Shown: positions 1 through 13,440 of the stretch, piece by piece
How positions within the stretch are numbered: the first letter of the stretch is position 1
Layout of the letters: each line of letters opens with the position of its first letter
Source: Octopus sinensis
Lineage: Eukaryota
Length of the DNA stretch: 64,000 nt
Assembly: GCF_006345805.1 (NCBI RefSeq)
Contig: NC_043015.1
Location: 20,646,001 to 20,710,000, forward strand
Direction: 5' to 3'
Program-made: the position numbers and the translations under genes
Notes under the pieces: model-generated
The model's database searches: none
Seen by the model: the letters and a program-made list of their open reading frames with translations, nothing else
Told to the model about the DNA's origin: nothing

Positions 1-130
1 TATATGCATAACTGTATATGTACATATACGTATATAACATATGAATATGTTTGCGTCTATGTGTTAGCTTATACATGCATAGATACATACATATACATAA
101 GTACATACATACATACGTACACACGCACAG

Positions 131-186
<56 letters not shown>

Positions 187-384
187 TCTTCCACATAAGT
201 GACTATATACATAAATGCACACATATAAATATATATACACACGTATATATATATATATACCTATCTACATATAGAAATACATATATATATAATTTATATA
301 TAATGTATATACATTATATATACAAATATATGTAAATGTGTAGAAAGTCATATCCATAAACATATATATATAGTCATGTATATA

Positions 385-450
<66 letters not shown>

Positions 451-480
451 TCGTATATACATATGCAAATGTATATATGC
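1..480. repeat. Compound (TA)n/(CA)n/(CATA)n microsatellite region
   Basis: Directly visible dinucleotide and tetranucleotide runs; source of YIYIYI/THTHTH pseudo-ORFs. Confidence 0.95.
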
Positions 481-825
481 GTATACACGTAGACACTTGA
501 CGTAAAAATTTGCTGTCAACGCTAAAAATAAAACGAAGAATAACAATAACAACAATGAGTGGAATAATCAATTCTTTTAAGTATTCGATCATTGCAATCG
601 AATACAGGCCTTTATTTTTACAGTGGTTATAGACAAGAATAGTTTGGAATATGATCGATTTTGGTTATACAGGATACATCACCTGCCATAAGCATTAAAT
701 TCTAGGCAGAAAAACATCCGGCACCATATTGGCAGAAAATAACTGTTACGCTATTTATGTCATTTTTTTTATCATTTTATATATATATTTTTGATTCTGT
801 ATTTTGTTTTTCTTTTTCTATTCAG

Positions 826-863
826 TATTATTATTATTACTATTACTATTATTATTATTGTTA

Positions 864-925
<62 letters not shown>
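826..925. repeat. (ATT)n microsatellite
   Basis: Near-perfect ATT run with a few interruptions. Confidence 0.95.
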
Positions 926-926
<1 letters not shown>

Positions 927-1369
927 CTTTTGTGTTATTCTGTGTTAAACTTTTGTTTTTTACTTTATATATACATACATATAAGTTTCGTCCATATTTT
1001 ATTTATTTCATATATATTATTTTCGGCATTTTTTATGTGTGGTCTTGTGTGTGTGTGTTTTTTTGTTTTTTTATCAGGTTGATAGTTTTGCTTTGTAAAA
1101 TTTTTAAAATTTCCTTTTCATATTCCATAAAAATAGAATGACTGAAAATACACAGACGTGCGCACAGGGATAGCACAATATATAGAAAAATACAACAGAA
1201 AGGCTGTGTTTGTTGTTTTTGTATATATAAATGCATAATTTACATATATATGTGTGTGCGTGTTTGAGTGTTAAATAAATATGGTATATTTTGCTTATAT
1301 ATATACATATATCATAAATATATGTATAACGTTTTCCTATATAAAAGACCCCATACACTCAATACATAC

Positions 1370-1671
1370 CAACACACACACACAGATACACACACACACG
1401 CACACACACACACATATATATTACATATAAAACACTTGTAACAACATATATCAACATATACGCATACTGAGTATGTAGATATATATGTATAACGTCTGAT
1501 ATATATTTATGTGTAGATATATGTACATATATATATTTATATACATATATATTTATATATGTATGTATATATATATATATATCAATTTGTATGTGTATAT
1601 ATATATGTATACATCTATGTATATGTATATATGTATATATATGTGTATGTATATATATGTATATATAAGAG

Positions 1672-1704
<33 letters not shown>

Positions 1705-1779
1705 ATATACGTATATATATATGTAGGGAAAGTACTTTTGGTAACAAACACGTGTCAGGAAACAAATCAAATGTCATTC

Positions 1780-1836
<57 letters not shown>

Positions 1837-2029
1837 TAAATTATAGTAGGGCTGACGTGTCTCTCTGTCCCTCTACGGTAACTCGCAAATGTGTGTTGTG
1901 TCATTGATAATGTGATCACAACAACAATAAATTAAACTCTGAGTAAGCATAAGGAATCCAAAACAACTAGCTCCATACTTACTCTGTACCGAGGATTTAC
2001 CCTGCCGTTTCCTAACAGTGACACACACA

Positions 2030-2073
<44 letters not shown>

Positions 2074-2436
2074 ACACACATACACACACACACATACACC
2101 CACACACACACACGCGCACACACACACACGCGCACACACACACACACTCACACACACACACACGTACAAACGAACACACGTTTTTCTCAAATATGAAATA
2201 CGAAATGATATAAAATTCGAAGATTGTGAACAATATAAGAAATAAAATAAATGTACTGGATTTATTTTACAACGTTTTTTTATGTAAAGAATCGTTTGAA
2301 ATTTACAAAAATGAGTAAATTTAAGATGTATGTAATGGGGAAAAAATATATTCAAATATTTATTTTCTATATATTTTCAATAACGCAAAATATACTGCAG
2401 CCATGTTTTATTGTATGTGCGTATGTATATGCATGC

Positions 2437-2469
<33 letters not shown>

Positions 2470-2550
2470 TGTATGTATGTATGTATGTATGTATGTATGT
2501 ATGTATGTATATATATATATGTGTGTGTGTGTTTATGTATGTTTGTTTGT
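1370..2550. repeat. Cluster of (CA)n, (TA)n and (TATG)n microsatellites
   Basis: Runs at about 1370-1845, 2021-2163 and 2405-2550. Confidence 0.9.
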
Positions 2551-2923
2551 ATGTAGGTATATATTTTTGTAAGCACGTATGGTGGCATTGGAAAATCTTT
2601 AAAAATATATCCATACTCAGGAGAAATGCAATGGCGTCGTAGCATATTGCGTTTGTTTTCTTTTTAATGTTAGCACCTACCGTATTGAGATATCGAATGA
2701 CAAGCATTTTCGTGAAATGGTATTTAACACAACGTTTATAGTTACACACTTGCATGTGTGAGTATATCTATACCTATGTTTGCGTGTGTGTATAGATATG
2801 CATTGAAATACATATACACATATATATTATATATTTTATATATATTTATCTATAATATATATATATTCTGTATATTTATATTTTGTGACATATAGAGAGA
2901 TTGTAAGAGGAAAAGGGAAAGGG

Positions 2924-2964
<41 letters not shown>

Positions 2965-3464
2965 AAGAGAAATGGGGAACATAGTGAAGTGTTATTGACA
3001 AGGTTCAAATACAAAATCGAAACGATAAGACAGGGAAAGGAATTGAAAAAAAAAACAGTACAAGCAAACACTAAATGAATACAAATGAAAGAATTTCATG
3101 AGGATTCTTCGATAAGGTTGAATATTTAGATAAATCGATGTCATCTAGAAATGAGTGCAATTGCCAATGTATGTTGTTTGTGCTGTTTGATAAGATCATG
3201 TTGAAAAAAATATTTGAGGTAAATATTACAATCAGCCGTCACTTTCGTGCAAGTAAGTGTTGGTAGCTCGCAACATGCTTTAAATGACTGCTGTAGTGCT
3301 CAGATCTTAGCGACGCAGCATGAAGACCTTTTTGCTGTCTTTTGTCCGAGGCCAAGGGGGCAGGCAGGATGCGGCAGCCAGTGAACAAGACAAAGAGGGA
3401 GGAACAGAGAGAGAGAGAGAGAGAGAGAGAAGGAGGAAAAAAGAGAGAGTATCTGTGAATTACC

Positions 3465-3600
3465 CCATCAGCTTGTTCTCATTTACAGCTGAATAACTTG
3501 CATCAGTCTGAGGTACCCTGCTGAAGGTTCAATGTGCTATTCGTTCCAGGAATGGAACTAACGACCCTGTGTCTATGTCCTGGTCTCATCATTTAGCCAT
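3465..3600 (-). mobile_element. Old tRNA-derived SINE relic
   Basis: Minus strand reads TGGCTAAATGATGAG...GTTAGTTCCATTCC (decayed A/B boxes), then a body ending TCAGCTGTAAATGAG. Confidence 0.45.
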
Positions 3601-4038
3601 GCACACGCACAGGTGTATAAAAGTGAAATGATAAAATTCGCTTGGCATTGAGATTCGAACCAAACTAAGCAAACGTAGTTGAATCAGCGTTAGCCATTTT
3701 GCTGAGGGGCTTCCTTGCTGACTGTTCTGAGATATCTTGCTTTATTCGAGGTCCAGCTAACCTTACATTTGTATAAAAAAATTCCAGGTAAGCAGTGTGC
3801 AGCTGTTCTAATCCGCAGTTTCATATTTTGTTTAATTTTCGCTTTTGAACAATGGGTCATATCTCTCATTCTAGCTTTGCGTAATTTAATGTGAGGGTTT
3901 CACAGTGTAGGCGTGTGTCTACGTTTCTTAGTGTATTTATATCCACATATATGCATTTGATATGTCCGTGCAAATATCTGAGTGTATAAATAATAATTAA
4001 ATATGTGTGTATATATACATACATTTGCTATTTGTGTG

Positions 4039-4095
<57 letters not shown>

Positions 4096-4439
4096 GGACA
4101 TATAAATGTATATTTAACACAAACACACACACACACTTAGTCATCAGTATTTGTTTATTTGTGTGTATGTGTATTTCCTTTTTATAACTTGCCAATACTT
4201 TTTAATACTTCCATTTCCGTATTTCTTGTATTAGGATTCCTTTATAGTTATATTTTTTCACTTTAGAAACAAAGGTTCTTGAGGCTAGGCTTAGGACATT
4301 GACTTCAAAAAATTAAAAGCAGAGCCACAAAAACGAAAACACCAGAAAAATAACAGAAATATTGGGTAGGTAGAGTTAAAAGTTTGACGTTTTAAATGCC
4401 TTCAAATCTGAGATAGATGTTGTTTTTTTTAATCCTAAC

Positions 4440-5380
4440 GCAACTAGGTGACATTCCTTTCTACATTCGTCGCTATGTCTGTTCAGAATTCATTAACATC
4501 CTTTTGAGTTCGATTCAACAAATAGCCTTTTGCACTGTCGCTTGACCTGCTTGAATTTGCTGCCCAAACTGACGCTGCTGCGTTTAGGAACTAAAGAACA
4601 TTAGATAATCGTATCCTAGATATATTATGCCCGCAAAGATGCAGAATTATCACGGCTTATGAACGCTTGCATTAAGTTTAAGAGAAACAAATAGGGAATG
4701 ATCACCACTTTCCCTTTCTTTATTTTTCCTTAGTTACCGCCACCCTTTTAAAATCTCTTCACTTTTCTCTTTCCTTCACCACAAAATTTTTAAATGTATT
4801 CCTTCAGTGTCATCTTAAACTTTAACATTTTCTCGTGTGCATGCTTCGGTGTTCACATAATTTTGAATTTTCCGTTCACTTATTTCAACCCCATTTTAAA
4901 CGACCATGATTGCAGATTGTGTGTCGCAGAGAAATGTCACATTTTGATTCAATATGTCAAACAGGATACCCGAAAGATTTTCTGCTTGAAAGCTCGGTAA
5001 AAAATTGTCTAGAGAATTTGACATGCAGGTCGGCTAACGTCTTCCATCATCACCGACAAGGTTCATCCGCCAAAAGCATCAGACAATTCCGCATAATAGT
5101 CAATTCATTCTTCTCACTACTTCTACGAAAATTGGGCTACTACAGATTATTTGATATCATTCATCGCTCTCTTAAACAAGTAGCATAAACAATCTGATAA
5201 TTCCAGTAGAAAATCTTCTACACGCGCGTTTCAAAAGCTTACTAGCTGATCAAAGTCGTGAAATTCGATGACTTCTGCCATTGTGAACCTTCACTTAACC
5301 TCAAATAGTGAGAGCTTTTTGTCACTTGAAGGGTTGCATTCAGCAACGTTTTCCGAGTTGAAAGAGTAAATCGTTGGCCC
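4440..5380 (+). mobile_element. Degenerate Penelope-like element (RT, thumb and endonuclease remnants)
   Basis: With frameshifts: R-Y-I-(D) at 4618-4630, IKF at 4671-4679, FPFL at 4709-4720, LNFNIF from 4816, GYPKDF from 4964, then a SAIVNLHL-like segment. Order and spacing match the PLE pattern RYVDD...IKFT...LPFLD...YLNF...NGYP. Confidence 0.65.
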
Positions 5381-5384
5381 CACA

Positions 5385-5540
5385 TAATCTTTTCTATTAT
5401 ACGCACAAGGCTTGAAATTTTAGGGAAGAGGGCTGGTCGATAACATCAACTCCAGTATTCAACTGGTACTTACTTTATCGACCCTGAAAGCGTGTAAGTC
5501 AAAGTCAACCACGGCGAAATTTGACTTCAGAACGTGAGTA
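5385..5540 (-). mobile_element. SINE family A, partial
   Basis: Reverse complement of the family-A body (GAAATTTGACTTCAGAACG, ACTGGTACTT, TTTATCGACCC). Confidence 0.75.
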
Positions 5541-5905
5541 TACACACACACACACACACATACACTGTAGAATAAGAGCATGGAACACTCAAAGGCAGTA
5601 ACTCTGAATCTCACGGTAGCACTGGATATGTTTTTATCCGAGTTACAGCCACCGTTCGTTAGCTGTCAGGTATATATATTAAAGGAAAAAGCATGTGTTC
5701 TACGCTTGTATTCCAAATTTCATACTGACCTCAATGTCAACGACATTAAGGTCTTCTTTTGTTGTCATGTAAGTGATTGTTCTGTATGTATGTATATATA
5801 AAAATGTGTGTGTGCGTGTGTGTTTTCAAGTTTAGAAAGCTATTCTAGCCAGTCAACAGGTCACATAAACTGCTCTGCTATCCTGTGTCAATATTTCCAG
5901 TAACT

Positions 5906-6341
5906 GAAGCGGCGAGCTGGCAGATACGTTAGCACGCCGGGCGAAATGCTTAGCGATATTTCGCCTGCCGTTACGTTCTGAGTTCCAATTCCGCTGAGGT
6001 CGCTATGCCTTTCATCCTTTCGGGGTCGATAAATTAAGTACCAGTTAGGCACTGGGGTCGATGTAATCGGCTTAATCCCTTTGTCTGTCCTTGTTTGTCC
6101 CCTCTATGTTTAGCGCCTTGTAGGCAATAAAGAAATAAGAAACGTTAGCACGCTGGGCGAAATGCTTAGCGATATTTCGTCTGTCTTTACGTTCTGAATT
6201 CAAATTCTTCCGAGATCGACCTTACCTTTCATCCTTTCGGGGTCGATAAATTAGGTACCAGTTGCATACTGGGGTCGATCTAATCGACTGGCTCTCTCCC
6301 CCCAAATTACGGACTTTGTGCCTAGAGTAGAAAAGAATATT
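5906..6341 (+). mobile_element. SINE family A dimer (tRNA-derived)
   Basis: GGCGAGCTGGCAGA head, B-box GAGTTCCAATTCC, body GTCGA...CCTTTCATCCTTTCGGGGTCGATAAATTAAGTACCAG; a second 5'-clipped monomer starts at about 6140. Confidence 0.9.
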
Positions 6342-6789
6342 TCCTGTAACTAGGTCACTGAGTCACTTCTACTGCACCTGTCTGAAATTGTGAACAGTCA
6401 GTTCATATAGTACAGTGTTTTCTTTCAACCTTTGCTGTAGAACATAGGAACAGATAAATTTTGTGAAACCATGTAAACTGAAGGTAACCACGTGACATAG
6501 ATCATTTGTCAGTCAATGTTAGTTACACGAATCTCCATTTATTTCTTGTTAGCCAGATTGTGTATATCGTTCTCGTCATTGTTTTGTTAATTTTCTTCTT
6601 TACTGATCTTGAAGGTTAGTTTTGAATTTAGTTCCACAGCAATATAAAGAAAACACCTTGACTCGGCAATCGGGAGTTTCTATAACGGTATACTGGCTTC
6701 AAAGAAAAATGCGCGTTTATATTTATTATTATAAAAAAATTCCTTATATACAGGAAATGATAAGTTTGGTGTGAGTATATGAAACTCTC

Positions 6790-6976
6790 TTTCTTAACAA
6801 CCTCATGGTTTTCCACAGGGCGGTGCTTTGGACAAGTATTTTCTACTATAACTCTGGATCGACCAAAATTTGAGAGTGAATTTGATAGACGGAAACTGTA
6901 GCCCGCCTCTCACTCTCTTTCGTACGCACGCACACACCCACTCCCATGCATACACAGACATACACACACACGCACA

Positions 6977-7029
<53 letters not shown>

Positions 7030-7250
7030 TTGTGAATATATAGGCGTTTGTACTTCCACCACGACTACTGCATGACAAACGGTGTTGGCTTATGTCCCCA
7101 TAGCTAAGTGGTTCGTTGAAAAACACCGACAGTATAAATAGCAGACTTTGAAAAATAAGTACCGGGGTCGATTTGTTCGATTAAACCCTTTGAGGCGGTG
7201 CCCCAGCATGGCCGGAGTCAAATGACTGAAACAATTAAAAGATAAAAGAT
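6790..7250 (+). mobile_element. SINE family B (CORE-like body, internal TA/TG microsatellite)
   Basis: TTTGGACAAGTATTTTCTACTATA...GATAGACGGAAACTG body; 3' end GGCGGTGCCCCAGCATGGCC...AAATGACTGAAACAATTAAAAGATAAAAG; homologous to the copies at 36498 and 57760. Confidence 0.8.
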
Positions 7251-8399
7251 GTCGTTTAATGACAGTGTGTTTCAATTGTAAACACTTTCCTGGGAGAATT
7301 CACATTCTTGAAATAATCGGTAAAAGTCTAAGGAGATTCTTTTATGAAGTAAGTATATCAAACAAAAACACGGAAATAGAATAACAAAAACCTATTTTCC
7401 CTCGTTATGAAAAGGAAGCACTTCTTGTGTGAAGAATGTTTAAAGGACGCCATGTTAATAGAGAAAAAATACCATCTTTTGCAGATTATTGATATTTCAA
7501 ATATCACATACTTATATCTGTTTAATGCAATGTAATATAAGTTAAATAGATTAAAGTATGAGATATTTTGTAAATCAAATATACTGGAAAAGATGATATT
7601 TTTTGTCTATTTTAATGAGGTTTCTAAAAATACATAAATACATAGACATATATATATATATCTGTGTGTGTGTGTGTAAGTGTGTGCGTGTCTGTGCGTT
7701 TGTGTGCAAATATATTTGTATATAGACGCAGGTTGTCTCGCTATACACTCGCCTACGTACGCAAACACATACGTCAACAAGTGTGTGAGTATATATATGT
7801 ATACATATATATACATATATACATACACACACACTATAATCATATGTATGTGCATGTATATAAAGTTTAGATCTTGAATATATATAGTTATACATAACTT
7901 ATGTATGTTTCAAAGGAAAAAAATCCCATTTTGAATGAAGTCTAAGAAGAGAGAATACGATTTATTAATGAGATATTTCTTATACATACATACATACATA
8001 CATATATATATACATATATATATATACATATATATATGCGCGCGCGTGTGTGTGCGTGTGTGTGTGTGCCGCATAGAGACAATGTTGTATGTATACGCAC
8101 ACACTTCAAAGTTTCTTCATAACCACATACGCACGAATACCGTAGAGTAAATCTATAAATACGCACATTTCTGCATATTTATGAATGTCTAGGCAAAATG
8201 ATATACATACATTCACACATACATATACACACACATACATATACACACACATACACAAATACATATATATACTGTCAGTGTGCATAAACACTATTTTTGG
8301 TGATTCCAATAATAGTTTACTTCCGATAGTAAATAGAGGTGGTAAGGATGTATGCGGAATAATTCTAAATTCTAGGTTTTGTTAATACGAAAATAGAAC

Positions 8400-8506
8400 A
8401 TGTACACACACACACACACACATATATATATAATATATATATATATTATATATATATAATATATATATATATATATACATGTATATATATACGTATATAT
8501 ATATAC

Positions 8507-8547
<41 letters not shown>

Positions 8548-8585
8548 TATATATGTATAAACATATATATATATGTATATATGTA

Positions 8586-8637
<52 letters not shown>

Positions 8638-8810
8638 TACATATATATATATGTTTATACATATATATGCATATATATATAATATATATATATATATATT
8701 TACGTATATATATACGTATATATATATATATTATATATATATATATTTACGTATATATATATACGTATATATATATATATATACATACATATAATATATA
8801 TATACATAGA
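8400..8810. repeat. Quasi-palindromic (TA)n tract with a perfect 39-bp inverted repeat
   Basis: 8545-8583 is the exact reverse complement of 8632-8670. Confidence 0.85.
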
Positions 8811-9107
8811 TATAAGAGATTCGTAAGTACACAGAAATTTTGTATATGAATTCTATAAATAACACAATTGCTATGTGTGTGCGTGTGTGTGTGTGCGTTT
8901 ATGTGTGTGTGTGTGTGTGTATGTGTGTGATTCTATAGTGTACATTCTGCTGATTATATGCATGCTTTTTACCATCTTTTTGTCATTTCTTTCTTTTTCA
9001 TTCTTTAAGAATTTGCGTTTCCATTTGAACATTTGTGCAAATGTTTCATTTCGGAGTTTATACTTAAATGCTTTGTGTGCTTATTCTCATTTGATAATAT
9101 GTAACCA

Positions 9108-9141
9108 ATATCATCATCATCATCATCATTAATATCATTGC

Positions 9142-9213
<72 letters not shown>

Positions 9214-9235
9214 CATTATTATTATTATTATTATT
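9108..9235. repeat. (CAT)n and (ATT)n microsatellites
   Basis: Directly visible. Confidence 0.95.
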
Positions 9236-9889
9236 GATTGAAGGAATCCGACTGATTTTTATCTCTTGAAAATATCTGGTTTAAAGCCAAATCCTGAAGG
9301 TAGAAAAAAAATCACCAATAAAACAAAAAACACGAACACACACAAAAAAGCCTCCTCGTTTTCCTCTGTCTTCTCTGCTTTGCTACTTTCTATGAGATGT
9401 CTCTCGACTGCTGCCAGCAAACTGCCGAAAGCTTTCGGGACGGAATTAATATATTGCGTGTATTAGTTATTTTATTTCTATTTTTTTGGTACCGTTATAT
9501 TTCTAAATGTAGAGCCTGTCTCATGGCTTTTTGCCCGGGTTTTATATCTTTTATACGCTTTTCATACTCTTTCTATTTTTACAGTATTGTCTTTGATTTT
9601 TTTTTGTTCTGGAAATTATTTTCATTTTCATTAAAATATATATCTTTAAATTTTTGTCTTTTGACCTAGAAAAAAATGTCCCCGGGCTGAAACTCTTAAG
9701 AATTAAGTTATAGCCAATAATATCCACTCTTACAAAATATTGGAATGTTATTTATTTCATTGACCTGAAAAGAACAAATATATATTTGACCTTGGTGAAA
9801 TTTGAACTCAAAAACCGAAACTACATATTGCCTGCGAAAGAACGCCTGATTATATAACTTGGTGTCATGGTAGAACTCTTTAAACTATA

Positions 9890-10285
9890 GCTAATGAAAT
9901 ATAAAGTGTGGCTTTCACTCCCACTGAGCGGCGCTTTCGGCAAATGTCTGCCAATATAGCTCCGGGCCGACCAATGCTATGTCGGTAAATTTGGTTAACG
10001 GAATCTGTCGCAGTCCGAGGTTGGCCATGACTAAACACTACTCCTTCTTTGATATATGTATATAAGTTCCTTTGATACAAGAAATGATGTCGAACGATAA
10101 CCATTCTGATGATGCCTGCTGAGGCAAAAAAATAGAGTGACGTCTTTCCTCTTACATCCATAAATAAACCTGTCATTTCACACAGTGACGCATCAGCTTT
10201 GGAGAAAACTTGATTCATGAGGTTATCTCCCCTTCTGAAGTGGAGCTGGTCTCAAATTGCAATTGTGGCATCCGCTAAAGGCGGG

Positions 10286-10317
<32 letters not shown>

Positions 10318-10510
10318 GTATGTATGTGTCTATCTGTTTGTGCCTCCTCAACTTGACAACCAATGTTGGTTTGTTTATGTCCCCGTTACTACAATTTCCC
10401 GAATATGGCTCATACGATAAGTGCTATACCTAAATGAATACTTACAGTTTTTGAGTTGATGGGCGGAAGGTTCCAAGACGATGCTCCAACATCACCGCAA
10501 TCCAACCACA
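9890..10510 (+). mobile_element. Fragmented old SINE family B copy
   Basis: TCACTCCCACTGAGCGGCGCTTTCGGCAAATGTCT...CCGGGCCGACCAATGC at about 9910-9980; tail-like CTTGACAACCAATGTTGGTTTGTTTATGTCCCCGT at about 10352-10386. Confidence 0.6.
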
Positions 10511-10849
10511 AACAAGATAAATTTCTAAAGGTAATAGTCTACATATATTTCACTGAATGATTTTTGTTCGATGCACTGACTAATATACGCATCTCTATAA
10601 TGAACTGATGATTTATAGCGTTGGCACATAGCCACATATTTTGAAAGAGTGGTATAATGGATTATATCGATCACCCTAACACATGAATGCCACTTATTTT
10701 ATCGATCTGACCAATTACGAAAGGTAAAATTGACTTTGATTTGAACTGAAAATGAAAAAAAAAATTATAATGGATCTAAATAGGTCTTCGTATTATGTTT
10801 ATTTCACGAAAGATTCTCGTCGCATTCCGATGAATAAGTTTCGAAGCAT

Positions 10850-11055
10850 TCGGGCGATGTGCTAGAAAAAGGGACTGCATCTCACAGAGATCGAGCAATA
10901 TCGTCTGCTGAGGAATTACAACCGTGTTTCGTGGTCTGCTACCACAACAGCTCCTTTATAGGATCCAGTTAGCTCAAGACATCATCCGGAGGAACCACGT
11001 CCGGTTTAGGCTCCTACTCCTCTACCGTTTTGACGTGGCGCACAACAACAACAAC
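10850..11055 (+). mobile_element. Repeat family E relic, (CAA)n-tailed
   Basis: GATGTGCTAGAAAAAGGG resembles the CTGCTAGAAATAG core of the other copies; ends in a CAACAACAAC tail. Confidence 0.45.
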
Positions 11056-11310
11056 TACCACCACTACTACTACGATGACAGTCAAAACAGTTTCTCTTCA
11101 TGAGATTACACACGCACACACTTCACACACTAAATCTCTGAAATTTTACCCGCCATAGAATAGAATATATTTGTATGTATGTGTACCTATATATATATAT
11201 ATGCACATATGTCCCGTTGTCTCCATATATAAGAGATGACTGGATAATCATTAATAAATGATGTCATGTTGCGTCAGATCTACATCAACCGGGTCGCTTC
11301 TTTGAATCAT

Positions 11311-11355
<45 letters not shown>

Positions 11356-11364
11356 TATATATAA

Positions 11365-11519
11365 TACTAATCACCACGTAGGGATAAACGAAATTCTCCT
11401 CCATTTTTCTGACTATAGATATATATATATATATTATATATATATATATATATAATATATATATATATAATACTAATCACCACGTAGGGATAAACGAAAT
11501 TCTCCTCCATTTTTCTGAC

Positions 11520-11520
<1 letters not shown>
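11365..11520 (+). repeat. Exact 50-bp direct duplication embedded in (TA)n
   Basis: TACTAATCACCACGTAGGGATAAACGAAATTCTCCTCCATTTTTCTGACT at 11365-11414 and 11471-11520. Confidence 0.95.
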
Positions 11521-11551
<31 letters not shown>

Positions 11552-12164
11552 GTGTGTGTATATATATGTAGGTATGTAAGTGAAAGCTGTATGGTGTAAC
11601 TGTATGATGTAACTCTATGACGTAACCGCGCGCGAGTATTTATGGATGTTTATATATATATATATATATATATCGATCCAAATGGTTCAACGAACTACCA
11701 TAATGTAGTGAATATTTCTAAGAAGTTAAAGCGACACACCTACGAGATTTGAACTCAGAACAAATCCAATTATATTCAGCATTAAACAGATTTATTGGCT
11801 CCACATTGTAGATGACGAATTTGAATTGTATTGAAACGAAAATTGAGAGAATGATAGATATGGAAAATAATACGCTGAAAGAAATATTGAATATAAGGGA
11901 TAAAAATAATGTAAACATATTTAGGATATATCAAAGTGTAATTTTTCATATAATTTAATATTGAAATATTAATATTTGAAAATTATATATTCCTTAGTAG
12001 TTATATAATATCAAAATATTTCAGTGATCAAAGAAACGCATGCGTTGACTCGCTTTTATTTCATGATGATTGAGGTGTTTTTATTTGCGTAGAAGTAAAA
12101 TATATATGAGATTGAAACTACAGAGACGTTTTCTGAATGATTTTAAGGCATAAAAATGGATTTA

Positions 12165-12336
12165 CATGGATGTATGTGTGTGTTTATATATATATACGTA
12201 TCTACGTACGTACGTATGCATGTATGTATGTATGTATGTATGTATGTATGTATGTATGTATGTATGTATGTATGTATGTATGTATGTATGTATGTATGTA
12301 TGTATGTATGTATTTATGTATGTATGTATGTATGTA
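12165..12336. repeat. (TATG)n microsatellite
   Basis: Directly visible. Confidence 0.95.
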
Positions 12337-13274
12337 GGTGTGCATAGTAATGTGTGTAGCTGTTCGCATATGCATAGCGGAACGCCATAAACGTTTCCTT
12401 TTTCAATTATAGGTGTAACCTATTATAGACGCACATTAAACTCAGGGCCATATGTACATACATATACACACTCAAACACACACAGACATGTGTGTATATG
12501 TTAAAGCGTGTGTGTGTGTGTTTATATAATCCAACTAGTTAACATTAAAACATCTTCCTACGCACGTAAAAAATCAGAAGCCATATATTGCGCTCATATA
12601 CATGTACAGCATTTAAACGGGATTGTAATAAACATTTATGTTATAAAAGTATATATCTATGTGTGTGTGGATGTGTATATTTATATATTTATATATATAT
12701 ATATATATATAGGGATAGATTGAGAGAGACAGAGGGGGAGGGAATCCGACACTCATTTGGTGGGCATATGTATACACAGACACACGTTAAATATTCGTGT
12801 ATTACATAGATTCAGTCTTTCAATCAAATAGAACACCTGCATAATTTTAAATATTAAAAAAAAAACATATATATACATATATATGTATAAAAACAGAAAG
12901 CTTTTAAAATTTTGTACAAATCAAAACATGTTGATGCGGTTCGATTTTTAAAGAATGTTAAATTTATGTAGATTTTCAGCCACATTTTTAACAATCAATG
13001 ATTCAGATTTAATTATCTGCTAAGTGATTTTCTAATTTCAATCATAATTTCTGTAAACCCTTTTATTGTATTTTTGTTCTCTCAAAGCAACAAAATCCCC
13101 CGCATTTCCATATATACAGGCTATATATTTGAGTCTAAGACTAACGACTACATCACTTGACCGCTTCCATATTTTATCGACCAGGAAGTAACGATTTCTT
13201 CCATAGTAGTAATGAAGCACTGCCTCGTAGCGCTGGTTACCCGGTTTCCACGACCTGCAAGTGACTGGGATCAA

Positions 13275-13440
13275 GACATTGGTCCTAAACGGGGCGCCAG
13301 TCCGTGGCTTTCGTTACTAAGTGGACTGAAGCAAGGGAAATGAAGAATTTCGGTCAAGAACACAAGGTATCATTTAATCCGGGAATCGAACGCACGATCT
13401 TTTGTTAGTGAGTGCAGCACCGTAACTACTTGGATACGCT
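13275..13440 (-). mobile_element. tRNA-derived SINE relic
   Basis: Minus strand: GCGTATCCAAGTAGTTACGG...GTGCGTTCGATTCCCGG (B-box), then GTGTTCTTGACCGAAATTCTTCATTTCCCTTGCTTCAGTCCACT. Confidence 0.65.

Noticed and set aside
3480-3793. Apparent acceptor (CATTTACAG) and strong donor (CAG/GTAAGC at 3788)
   Set aside because: The acceptor lies in an antisense SINE relic, and no recognisable product or partner exon was found.
7266-7348. Possible 83-nt exon ending at a GTAAGT donor
   Set aside because: The acceptor has no pyrimidine tract and the peptide (CFNCKHFPGRIHILEII...) is unrecognised.
9425-9438. 14-bp palindrome CCGAAAGCTTTCGG, considered as a hammerhead stem III
   Set aside because: No CUGANGA core or stem II at the right spacing.
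10800-11050. Exon-like GC-richer stretch
   Set aside because: Stops occur in all frames, and it is better explained as a decayed family-E repeat.
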